Below are positions 48,501 to 60,130 of a stretch of 64,000 nucleotides of DNA, one piece after another. This DNA comes from Eledone cirrhosa (Eukaryota). Below the pieces are notes generated by a model, which saw only the letters and a program-made list of their open reading frames with translations, did not search any database and had not been told where the DNA came from. How positions within the stretch are numbered: position 1 is the stretch's first letter; every line of letters starts with the position of its first letter. The DNA lies in the NCBI GenBank assembly GCA_964016885.1, contig OZ024743.1, positions 134,664,001 through 134,728,000 of the forward strand, given 5' to 3'. The translations under genes and the position numbers were made by a program.

Positions 48501-51500
48501 TGCTTGGTGTTTGGTGTTTGGTGCTTGGTGCTTGGTGTTTGGTGTTTAGTGCTTGGTGCTTGGTTCTTGGTGTTTGGTGCTTGGTGCTTGGTGATTGGTG
48601 TTTGGTGTTTGGTGCTTGGTGCTTGGTGTTTGGTGATTGGTGCTTGGTACTAGGTGTTTGGTGCTCGGTGCTTGGTGCTTGGTGTTTGGTGCTTGGTGCT
48701 TGGTTCTGGGTGCTTGGTGCTTGGTGTTTGGTGTTTGGAGCTTGGTGTTTGGTGTTTGGTGCTTGGAGCTTGGTGATTGGTGTTTGGTGCTTGGTGTTTG
48801 GTGCTTGGTGCTTGGTGCTAGGTGTTTGGTGTTTGGTGCTTGGCGCTTGGTGCTTGGTGTTTGGTGATTGGTGCTTGGTGTTTGGTGTTTGGTGCTTGGT
48901 GCTTGGTGTTTGGTGTTTGGTGCTTGGCGCTTGATGTTTGGTGTTTGGTGCTTGCTGTTTGGCGTTTGGGGTTTGGCATTTGCTGTTTGGCGTATGGGCT
49001 TTGGCGTTTGCTTTTTGGCGTTTGCTGTTTGGTGTTTGGTGCTTAGTGTTTGGTGTTTGGTACTTGGTGCTTGGTGTTTGGTGTTTGGTGCTTGGTGCTT
49101 GGTGCTTGGTGTTTGGTGTTTGGTGCTTGGCGCTTGGTTTTTGGCGTTTGGCGCTTGCTGTCTGGCGTTTGGGGTTTGGCATTTGCTGTTTGGCGTTTGG
49201 GGTTTGGCGTTTGCTTCTTGGCGTTTGCTATTTGGTGTTTGGTGTTTGGTGTTTGCTGTTTGGTGTTTGCTGTTTGGTGTTTGCTGTTTGGTGTTTGGTG
49301 TTTGGTGTTTGCTGTTTGCTGTTTGCTGTTTGGTGCTTGGTGCTTGGTGTTTGGTGCATGGTGCTTGGTGCTTGGTGCTTGGTGTTTGGTGCTTGGTGCT
49401 TGGTGTTTGGTGCTTGGGGTTTGGTGCTTGGTGTTTGGTGCTTGGTATTTGGTGTTTGGTGCTTGGTGCTTGGTGTTTGGTGTTTGGTGCTTGGTGTTTG
49501 GTGCTTGGTGCTTGGTGCTTGGTGTTTGGTGCTTGGTGCTTGGTGCTTGGTGCTTGGTGCTTGGTGTTTGGTGCTTGGTGCTTGGTGCTTGGTGCTTGGT
49601 GTTTGGTGTTTAGTGCTTGGTGCTTGGTGTTTGGTGTTTGGTGCTCGGTGCTTGGTGTCTGGTGCTTGGTGCTTGGTGCTTGCTGTTTGGTGCTTGGTGT
49701 TTGGTGCTTGGTGTTTGGTGTTTGGTGCTTGGGGCTTGGTGTTTGGTGCTTGGTGCTTGGTGCTTGGTGTTTGGTGCTTGGTGCTTGGTGCTTGGTGTTT
49801 GGTGTTTAGTGCTTGGTGCTTGGTGTTTGGTGTTTGGTGCTTGGTGCTTGGTGTTTGGTGTTTGGTGTTTGGTGCTTGGTGTTTGGTGTTTGGTGTTTGA
49901 TGTTTGCTGTTTGGTGATTCGTGATTGGTGTTTGATGTTTGGTGTTTGGTGTTGGGTGTTTGGTGCTTGGGGCTTCGTGTTTGCTCTTTGGTGCTTGGTG
50001 CTTGGTGCTTGGTGCTTTGTGTTTGTTGCTTGGTGCTTGGTGCTTGGCGATTGGTGCTTGGTGCTTGGTGTTTGATGTGTGGTGCTTGGTGTTTGGTGCT
50101 TGGGATTTGGTGCTTGGTGCTTGGTGTTTGGTGTTTGGAGTTTACTACTTGGTGCTTGGTGTTTGGTGTTTGGTGCTTGGTGCTTGGTGTTTGGTGTTTA
50201 GTGATTGGTGCTTGGTTCTTGGTGTTTGGTGCTTGGTGCTTGGTGATTGGTGTTTGGTGCTTGGTGCTTGGTATTTGGTGCTTGGTCTTTGGTGCTTGGT
50301 GTTTGGTGCTTGGTGCTTGGTGCTTGGTGTTTGGTGCTTGGTGCTTGGCGTTTAGTGCTTGGTGCTTGGTGATTGGTGCTTGTTGCTTGGTGCTTGGTGT
50401 TTGGTGCTTGGTGCTTGGTGTTTGCTGTTTGCTGTTTGGTGTTTGCTGTTTGGTGTTTGCTGTTTGGTGTTTGCTGTTTGGTGTTTGCTATTTGGTGTTT
50501 GGTGTTTGGTGTTTGCTGTTTGGTGTTTGGTGTTTGCTGTTTGGCGTTTGGTGTTTGGCGTTTGCTGTTTGGCATCTGGTGGTTGGCGTTTGCTGTTTGG
50601 CGTTTGTTGTTTGGTGTTTGTTGGTTGATGCTTGGTGTTTGCTGTTTGCTGTTTGTTTGGTGTTTGCTGTTTGGTGTTTGTTATTTGGTGTTTTGTGTTT
50701 GGTGTTTGCTGTTTGGTGTTTGGTGTTTGGTGTTTGCTGTTTGGTGTTTGGTGTTTACTGTTTGGTGTTTGGTGTTTGGTGTTTGGTGTTTGGTGTTTGG
50801 TGTTTGGTGATTGGTGTTTGGTGTTTGGTGTTTGGTGTTTGGTGATTGGTGTTTGCTGTTTGGTGTTTGGTGCTTGGTGTTTGGTGTTTGGTGATTGGTG
50901 CTTGGTGTTTCGTGCTTGGTGCTCGGTGCTTGGTGTTTGGCGCTTGGTGCTTGGTGTTTGGTGTTTGGTGCTTGGTGTTTGGTGCTTGGTGCTTGGTGTT
51001 TTGTGCTTGGTGCTTGGTGCTTGGTGTTTGGTGTTTGGTGTTTGGTGTTTGCTGTTTGGTGTTTGCTGTTTGGTGTTCGCTGTTTGGTGTTTGCTGTTTG
51101 GTGTTTGGTGTTTGCGATTTGGTGTTTGCTATTTGGTGTTTGGTGTTTGGCGTTTGATGTTTGGCGTTTGTTGTTTGTTGTTTGCTATTTGGTGTTTGAT
51201 GTTTGGTGTTTGGTGTTTGGTGTTTGCTGTTTGATGTTTGGTGATTGGTGTTTGATGTTTGGTGTTTGGTGCTTGGTGCTTGGTGCTTGGTGCTTAGTGT
51301 TTTATATTTAGCGCTTGGTGCTTGGTGCTTTGTGCTTGGTGCTTGGTGCTTGGTGTTTGGAGTTTGGTGCTTGGTGTTTGGTGTTTGGTGTTTGTTGCTT
51401 GCTGTTTGCTGTTTGGTGTTTGCTGTTTGGTGTTCGCTGTTTGGTGTTTGGTGTTTGCTGTTTGGTGTTTGGTGTTTGCGGTTTGGTGTTTGCTATTTGG

Positions 51501-54500
51501 TGTTTGGTGTTTGGCGTTTGATGTTTGGCGTTTGTTGTTTGTTGTTTGCTGTTTGGTGTTTGATGTTTGGTGTTTGGTGTTTGGTGTTTGCTGTTTGATG
51601 TTTGGTGATTGGTGTTTGATGTTTGGTGTTTGGTGCTTGGTGCTTGGTGTTTTGTGCTTGGTGTTTGGTGCTTGGGGTTTGGTGCTTGGTGCTTGGTGAT
51701 TGGTGTTTGGTGCTTGGTGCTTGGTGTTTGGTGTTTGGTGCTTGGAGCTTGGTGTTTGGTGTTTGGTGCTTGGTGCTTGGTGTTTGGTGCTTGGTGCTTG
51801 GTGTTGGTGTTTGGTGCTTGGTGCTTGGTGCTTGGTGTTTGGTGTTTGCTGTTTGCTGTTTGCTCTTTGGTGTTTGCTGTTTGTTGTTTGCTGTTTGGTG
51901 TTTTGTGTTTGCTGTTTGGTGTTTGGAGTTTGCCCTTTGGTGTTTGCTATTTGGTGTTTGGTGTTTGCTGTTTGGTGTTTGCTGTTTGGTGTTTGGTGTT
52001 TGGTGTTTGCTGTTTGGTGTTTGCTCTTTGGTGCTTTGTGCTTGGTCTTTGGTTTTTGGTGCTTGGTGCTTGGTGTTTGGTGCTTTGTGCCTGGTGTTTG
52101 GTGTTTGGTGTTTGGTGTTTGGTCCTTGGTGCTTGGTGCTTGGTGTCTGGTGCTTGGTGCTTGGTGTTTGGTGTTTGGTGCTTGGTGCTTGGTGTTTGGT
52201 GTTTGGTGTTTGGTGCTTGGTGCTTGGTACTTGGTGTTTTGTGTTTGGTGCTTGGTGCTTGGTGCTTGGTGCTTGGTGTTTGGTGCTTGGTGCTTGATGC
52301 TTGGTGCATGATGCTTGGTGTTTGGTGTTTAGTGCTTGGTGCTTGGTATTTGGTGTTTGGTGCTTGGTACATGGTGTTTGGTGCTCGGTGCTTGGTGCTT
52401 GGTGTTTCGTGCTTGGTGCTTGGTGTTTGGTCTTTGGCGCTTGGTGCTTGGTGTTTGGTGCTTGGTGCTTGGTGTTTGGTGTTTGGCGTATGGTGTTTGG
52501 TGCTTGATGCTTGGTGCTTGGTTTTTGGTGTTTGGTGCTTGGTGCTTGGTGTTTGGTGTTTGGTGATTGGTGCTTGGTGTTTGGTGTTTGGTGTTTCGCG
52601 CTTGGTGTTTGGTGTTTGGTAATTGGTGCTTGGTGTTTGGTGTTTGGTGCTTGGTGCTTGGTGTTTGGTGTTTGGTGCTTGGCTCTTGGTGTTTGGTGTT
52701 TGGTGCTTGGCGTTTGCTGTTTGGCGTTTGGGGTTTGGCATTTGCTGTTTGGCATTTGGGGTTTGGCGTTTGCTTTTTGGCGTTTGCTGTTTGGTGTTTG
52801 CTGTTTGGCGTTTGCTGTTTGGTGCTTGGTGCTTGGTGTTTGGTTCATGGTGCTTGGTGCTTGGTGCTTGGTGTTTGGTGCTCGGTGCTTGGTGTTTGGT
52901 GCTTGGGGCTTGGTGCTTGGTGTTTGGTGCTTGGTGTTTGTTGTTTGTTGCTTGGTGCTTGGTGTTTGGTGTTTGGTGCTAGGTGTTTGCTGTTTGGTGC
53001 TTGGTGCTTGGTGTTTGGTGCTTGGTGCTTGGTGCTTGGTGCTTGGTGTTTGGTGCTTGGTGATTGGTGCTTGGTGTTTGGTGTTTGGTGCTTGGTGTTT
53101 GGTGCTTGGAGCTTGGTGCTTGGTTTTTGGTGCTTGGTGTTTGGTGTTTGGTGTTTGGTGCTTGGTGCTTGATGCTTGGTGCTTGGTGCTTGGTGTTTGG
53201 TGTTTAGTGCTTGGTGCTTGGTATTTGGTGTGTGGTGCTTGGTGCTTGGTGTTTGGTGTTTGGTGCTTGGTGCTTGGTGTTTGATGTTTGGTGCTTGGTG
53301 CTTGGTGTTTGGTGATTGGTGCTTGGTACTTGGTGTTTGGTGCTCGGTGCTTGGTGCTTGGTGTTTCGTGCTTGGTGCTTGGTGTTTGGTCTTTGGCGAT
53401 TGGTGCTTGGTGTTTGGTGCTTGGTACTTGGTGTTCGGTGTTTGGTGCTTGGTGCTTGGTGTTTGGTGTTTGGTGATTGGTGCTTGGTGTTTGGTGCTTG
53501 GGATTTGGTGCTTGGTGCTTGGTGTTTGGTGTTTGGAGTTTGGTACTTGGTGTTTGGTGTTTGGTGTTTGGTGCTTGGTGCTTGGTGTTTGGTGTGTGGT
53601 ACTTGGTGCTTGGTGTTTGGTGCTTGGTGCTTGGTGCTTGGTGCTTGGTGCTTGGTGTTTGGTGCTTGGTGCTTGGTTCTTGGTGTTCGGTGTTTGGTGA
53701 TTGGTGCTTGGTGTTTGGTGCTTGGGGTTTGGTGCTTGGTGCTTGGTTCTTGGTGTTTGGTGTTTGGCGATTGGTGCTTGGTGTTTGGTGTTTGGTGCTT
53801 GGTGCTTGGTGTTTGGTGTTTGGTGTTTGGAGCTTGGTGTTTGGTGTTTGGTGCTTGGTGCTTGGTGCTTGGTGTTTGGTGTTTGGTGCTTGGAGCTTGG
53901 TGTTTGGTGTTTGGTGCTTGGTGCTTTGTTCTGGGTGCTTGGTGCTTGGTGTTTGGTGTTTGGTGCTGGGTGCTTGGTGTTTGGTGCTTGGGGCTTGGTG
54001 ATTGGTGTTTGGTGCTTGGTGTTTGGTGCTTGGTGCTTGGTGCTTGGTGTTTGGTGCTTGGTGTTTGGTGCTTGGTGCTTGGTGCTAGGTGTTTGGTGTT
54101 TGGTGTTTCGCGCTTGGTGTTTGGTGTTTGGTAATTGGTGCTTGGTGTTTGGTGTTTGGTGCTTGGTGCTTGGTGTTTGGTGTTTGGTGCTTGGCTCTTG
54201 GTGTTTGGTGTTTGGTGCTTGGCGTTTGCTGTTTGGCGTTTGGGGTTTGGCATTTGCTGTTTGGCATTTGGGGTTTGGCGTTTGCTTTTTGGCGTTTGCT
54301 GTTTGGTGTTTGGTGTTTGGTGTTTGCTGTTTGGTGTTTGCTGTTTGGTGTTTGCTGTTTGGCGTTTGCTGTTTGGTGCTTGGTGCTTGGTGTTTGGTTC
54401 ATGGTGCTTGGTGCTTGGTGCTTGGTGTTTGGTGCTCGGTGCTTGGTGTTTGGTGCTTGGGGCTTGGTGCTTGGTGTTTGGTGCTTGGTGTTTGTTGTTT

Positions 54501-57500
54501 GTTGCTTGGTGCTTGGTGTTTGGTGTTTGGTGCTAGGTGTTTGCTGTTTGGTGCTTGGTGCTTGGTGTTTGGTGCTTGGTGCTTGGTGCTTGGTGCTTGG
54601 TGTTTGGTGCTTGGTGATTGGTGCTTGGTGTTTGGTGTTTGGTGCTTGGTGTTTGGTGCTTGGAGCTTGGTGCTTGGTTTTTGGTGCTTGGTGTTTGGTG
54701 TTTGGTGTTTGGTGCTTGGTGCTTGATGCTTGGTGCTTGGTGCTTGGTGTTTGGTGTTTAGTGCTTGGTGCTTGGTATTTGGTGTATGGTGCTTGGTGCT
54801 TGGTGTTTGGTGTTTGGTGCTTGGTGCTTGGTGTTTGATGTTTGGTGCTTGGTGCTTGGTGTTTGGTGATTGGTGCTTGGTACTTGGTGTTTGGTGCTCG
54901 GTGCTTGGTGCTTGGTGTTTCGTGCTTGGTGCTTGGTGTTTGGTCTTTGGCGATTGGTGCTTGGTGTTTGGTGCTTGGTACTTGGTGTTCGGTGTTTGGT
55001 GCTTGGTGCTTGGTGTTTGGTGTTTGGTGATTGGTGCTTGGTGTTTGGTGCTTGGGATTTGGTGCTTGGTGCTTGGTGTTTGGTGTTTGGAGTTTGGTAC
55101 TTGGTGCTTGGTGTTTGGTGTTTGGTGCTTGGTGCTTGGTGTTTGGTGTTTAGTGCTTGGTGCTTGGTTCTTGGTGTTTGGTGCTTGGTGCTTGGTGATT
55201 GGTGTTTGGTGTTTGGTGCTTGGTGCTTGGTGTTTGGTGATTGGTGCTTGGTACTAGGTGTTTGGTGCTCGGTGCTTGGTGCTTGGTGTTTGGTGCTTGG
55301 TGCTTGGTTCTGGGTGCTTGGTGCTTGGTGTTTGGTGTTTGGAGCTTGGTGTTTGGTGTTTGGTGCTTGGAGCTTGGTGATTGGTGTTTGGTGCTTGGTG
55401 TTTGGTGCTTGGTGCTTGGTGCTAGGTGTTTGGTGTTTGGTGCTTGGCGCTTGGTGCTTGGTGTTTGGTGATTGGTGCTTGGTGTTTGGTGTTTGGTGCT
55501 TGGTGCTTGGTGTTTGGTGTTTGGTGCTTGGCGCTTGATGTTTGGTGTTTGGTGCTTGCTGTTTGGCGTTTGGGGTTTGGCATTTGCTGTTTGGCGTATG
55601 GGCTTTGGCGTTTGCTTTTTGGCGTTTGCTGTTTGGTGTTTGGTGCTTAGTGTTTGGTGTTTGGTACTTGGTGCTTGGTGTTTGGTGTTTGGTGCTTGGT
55701 GCTTGGTGCTTGGTGTTTGGTGTTTGGTGCTTGGCGCTTGGTTTTTGGCGTTTGGCGCTTGCTGTCTGGCGTTTGGGGTTTGGCATTTGCTGTTTGGCGT
55801 TTGGGGTTTGGCGTTTGCTTCTTGGCGTTTGCTATTTGGTGTTTGGTGTTTGGTGTTTGCTGTTTGGTGTTTGCTGTTTGGTGTTTGCTGTTTGGTGTTT
55901 GGTGTTTGGTGTTTGCTGTTTGCTGTTTGCTGTTTGGTGCTTGGTGCTTGGTGTTTGGTGCATGGTGCTTGGTGCTTGGTGCTTGGTGTTTGGTGCTTGG
56001 TGCTTGGTGTTTGGTGCTTGGGGTTTGGTGCTTGGTGTTTGGTGCTTGGTATTTGGTGTTTGGTGCTTGGTGCTTGGTGTTTGGTGTTTGGTGCTTGGTG
56101 TTTGGTGCTTGGTGCTTGGTGCTTGGTGTTTGGTGCTTGGTGCTTGGTGCTTGGTGCTTGGTGCTTGGTGTTTGGTGCTTGGTGCTTGGTGCTTGGTGCT
56201 TGGTGTTTGGTGTTTAGTGCTTGGTGCTTGGTGTTTGGTGTTTGGTGCTCGGTGCTTGGTGTCTGGTGCTTGGTGCTTGGTGCTTGCTGTTTGGTGCTTG
56301 GTGTTTGGTGCTTGGTGTTTGGTGTTTGGTGCTTGGGGCTTGGTGTTTGGTGCTTGGTGCTTGGTGCTTGGTGTTTGGTGCTTGGTGCTTGGTGCTTGGT
56401 GTTTGGTGTTTAGTGCTTGGTGCTTGGTGTTTGGTGTTTGGTGCTTGGTGCTTGGTGTTTGGTGTTTGGTGTTTGGTGCTTGGTGTTTGGTGTTTGGTGT
56501 TTGATGTTTGCTGTTTGGTGATTCGTGATTGGTGTTTGATGTTTGGTGTTTGGTGTTGGGTGTTTGGTGCTTGGGGCTTCGTGTTTGCTCTTTGGTGCTT
56601 GGTGCTTGGTGCTTGGTGCTTTGTGTTTGTTGCTTGGTGCTTGGTGCTTGGCGATTGGTGCTTGGTGCTTGGTGTTTGATGTGTGGTGCTTGGTGTTTGG
56701 TGCTTGGGATTTGGTGCTTGGTGCTTGGTGTTTGGTGTTTGGAGTTTACTACTTGGTGCTTGGTGTTTGGTGTTTGGTGCTTGGTGCTTGGTGTTTGGTG
56801 TTTAGTGATTGGTGCTTGGTTCTTGGTGTTTGGTGCTTGGTGCTTGGTGATTGGTGTTTGGTGCTTGGTGCTTGGTATTTGGTGCTTGGTCTTTGGTGCT
56901 TGGTGTTTGGTGCTTGGTGCTTGGTGCTTGGTGTTTGGTGCTTGGTGCTTGGCGTTTAGTGCTTGGTGCTTGGTGATTGGTGCTTGTTGCTTGGTGCTTG
57001 GTGTTTGGTGCTTGGTGCTTGGTGTTTGCTGTTTGCTGTTTGGTGTTTGCTGTTTGGTGTTTGCTGTTTGGTGTTTGCTGTTTGGTGTTTGCTATTTGGT
57101 GTTTGGTGTTTGGTGTTTGCTGTTTGGTGTTTGGTGTTTGCTGTTTGGCGTTTGGTGTTTGGCGTTTGCTGTTTGGCATCTGGTGGTTGGCGTTTGCTGT
57201 TTGGCGTTTGTTGTTTGGTGTTTGTTGGTTGATGCTTGGTGTTTGCTGTTTGCTGTTTGTTTGGTGTTTGCTGTTTGGTGTTTGTTATTTGGTGTTTTGT
57301 GTTTGGTGTTTGCTGTTTGGTGTTTGGTGTTTGGTGTTTGCTGTTTGGTGTTTGGTGTTTACTGTTTGGTGTTTGGTGTTTGGTGTTTGGTGTTTGGTGT
57401 TTGGTGTTTGGTGATTGGTGTTTGGTGTTTGGTGTTTGGTGTTTGGTGATTGGTGTTTGCTGTTTGGTGTTTGGTGCTTGGTGTTTGGTGTTTGGTGATT

Positions 57501-59190
57501 GGTGCTTGGTGTTTCGTGCTTGGTGCTCGGTGCTTGGTGTTTGGCGCTTGGTGCTTGGTGTTTGGTGTTTGGTGCTTGGTGTTTGGTGCTTGGTGCTTGG
57601 TGTTTTGTGCTTGGTGCTTGGTGCTTGGTGTTTGGTGTTTGGTGTTTGGTGTTTGCTGTTTGGTGTTTGCTGTTTGGTGTTCGCTGTTTGGTGTTTGCTG
57701 TTTGGTGTTTGGTGTTTGCGATTTGGTGTTTGCTATTTGGTGTTTGGTGTTTGGCGTTTGATGTTTGGCGTTTGTTGTTTGTTGTTTGCTATTTGGTGTT
57801 TGATGTTTGGTGTTTGGTGTTTGGTGTTTGCTGTTTGATGTTTGGTGATTGGTGTTTGATGTTTGGTGTTTGGTGCTTGGTGCTTGGTGCTTGGTGCTTA
57901 GTGTTTTATATTTAGCGCTTGGTGCTTGGTGCTTTGTGCTTGGTGCTTGGTGCTTGGTGTTTGGAGTTTGGTGCTTGGTGTTTGGTGTTTGGTGTTTGTT
58001 GCTTGCTGTTTGCTGTTTGGTGTTTGCTGTTTGGTGTTCGCTGTTTGGTGTTTGGTGTTTGCTGTTTGGTGTTTGGTGTTTGCGGTTTGGTGTTTGCTAT
58101 TTGGTGTTTGGTGTTTGGCGTTTGATGTTTGGCGTTTGTTGTTTGTTGTTTGCTGTTTGGTGTTTGATGTTTGGTGTTTGGTGTTTGGTGTTTGCTGTTT
58201 GATGTTTGGTGATTGGTGTTTGATGTTTGGTGTTTGGTGCTTGGTGCTTGGTGTTTTGTGCTTGGTGTTTGGTGCTTGGGGTTTGGTGCTTGGTGCTTGG
58301 TGATTGGTGTTTGGTGCTTGGTGCTTGGTGTTTGGTGTTTGGTGCTTGGAGCTTGGTGTTTGGTGTTTGGTGCTTGGTGCTTGGTGTTTGGTGCTTGGTG
58401 CTTGGTGTTGGTGTTTGGTGCTTGGTGCTTGGTGCTTGGTGTTTGGTGTTTGCTGTTTGCTGTTTGCTCTTTGGTGTTTGCTGTTTGTTGTTTGCTGTTT
58501 GGTGTTTTGTGTTTGCTGTTTGGTGTTTGGAGTTTGCCCTTTGGTGTTTGCTATTTGGTGTTTGGTGTTTGCTGTTTGGTGTTTGCTGTTTGGTGTTTGG
58601 TGTTTGGTGTTTGCTGTTTGGTGTTTGCTCTTTGGTGCTTTGTGCTTGGTCTTTGGTTTTTGGTGCTTGGTGCTTGGTGTTTGGTGCTTTGTGCCTGGTG
58701 TTTGGTGTTTGGTGTTTGGTGTTTGGTCCTTGGTGCTTGGTGCTTGGTGTCTGGTGCTTGGTGCTTGGTGTTTGGTGTTTGGTGCTTGGTGCTTGGTGTT
58801 TGGTGTTTGGTGTTTGGTGCTTGGTGCTTGGTACTTGGTGTTTTGTGTTTGGTGCTTGGTGCTTGGTGCTTGGTGCTTGGTGTTTGGTGCTTGGTGCTTG
58901 ATGCTTGGTGCATGATGCTTGGTGTTTGGTGTTTAGTGCTTGGTGCTTGGTATTTGGTGTTTGGTGCTTGGTACATGGTGTTTGGTGCTCGGTGCTTGGT
59001 GCTTGGTGTTTCGTGCTTGGTGCTTGGTGTTTGGTCTTTGGCGCTTGGTGCTTGGTGTTTGGTGCTTGGTGCTTGGTGTTTGGTGTTTGGCGTATGGTGT
59101 TTGGTGCTTGATGCTTGGTGCTTGGTTTTTGGTGTTTGGTGCTTGGTGCTTGGTGTTTGGTGTTTGGTGATTGGTGCTTGGTGTTTGGTG
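45972..59190 (+). repeat. 6,604-bp apparently near-perfect tandem duplication (45972-52586 / 52576-59190)
   Basis: ORF-track entries from 46019 to 52336 that lie within the block have same-length counterparts at +6604 (e.g. 46600/53204, 48154/54758, 49925/56529, 51245/57849, 52336/58940). The match starts after A45971 (vs T52575) and ends at 52586/59190. Confidence 0.93.
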
Positions 59191-60130
59191 CTTGGTATTT
59201 GGTGCTTGGTGCTTGGTGTTTGGTGTTTGGTGTTTGCTGTTTGGTGTTTGCTGTTTGGTGTTTTGTGTTTGCTGTTTGGTGTTTGGAGTTTGCTCTTTGG
59301 TTTTTGCTATTTGGTGTTTGGTGTTTGCTGTTTGGTGTTGGCTGTTTGGTGTTTGGTGCTTGGTGTTTGGTGTTTGGTGCTTGGTCTTTTGTTTTTGCTC
59401 TTTGGTGCTTTGGGCTTGGTGTTTGGTGTTTGGTGCTTGGTGCTTGGTGTTTGGTGTTTGATGCTTGGTGCTTGGTGCTTGGTGTTTGGTGCTCGGTGCT
59501 TGGTGTTTAGTGTGTGGTGTTTGGTGCTTGGTGCTTGGTACTTGGTGTTTTGTGTTTGGTGCTTGGTGCTTGGTGCTTGGTGCTTGGTGTTTGGTGCTTG
59601 GTGCTTGATGCTTGGTGCATGATGCTTGGTGTTTGGTGTTTAGTGCTTGGTGCTTGGTATTTGGTGTTTGGTGGTTGGTTCTTGGTGTTTGGTGTATGGT
59701 GCTTGGTGCTTGGTGTTTGGTGTTTGGTGTTTGGTGCTTGGTGCTTGGTGTTTGGTGATTGGTGCTTGGTACATGGTGTTTGGTGCTCGGTGCTTGGTGC
59801 TTGGTGTTTCGTGCTTGGTGCTTGGTGTTTGGTCTTTGGAGTTTGCTGTTTGGTGTTAGCTGTTTGGTGTTTTGTGTTTGCTGTTTGGTGTTTGGAGTTT
59901 GCTCTTTGGTTTTTGCTATTTGGTGTTTGGTGTTTGCTGTTTGGTGTTGGCTGTTTGGTGTTTGGTGCTTGGTGTTTGGTGTTTGGTGCTTGGTGTTTTG
60001 TTTCTGCTCTTTGGTGCTTTGGGCTTGGTGTTTGGTGTTTGGTGCTTGGAGCTTGGTGTTTGGTGTTTGGTGCTTGGTGCTTGGTGCTTGGTGTTTCGTG
60101 CTCGGTGCTTGGTGTTTGGTGTTTGGTGTT
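58800..60130 (+). repeat. ~0.6-0.7-kb local duplication
   Basis: The marker TTGATGCTTGGTGCATGATGC is at ~58898 and ~59605 (offset 707 = 101x7). GGAGTTTGCTCTTTGGTTTTTGC is at 59285 and 59894 (offset 609 = 87x7). Confidence 0.7.

Noticed and set aside
1021-58976. Minus-strand K/H/Q/P/S/T-rich ORFs resembling mucins, adhesins or the RNA polymerase II CTD heptad
   Set aside because: They are the reverse-complement reading of the same 7-mer. Variation follows 7-bp rather than codon periodicity, and the heptad does not match YSPTSPS.
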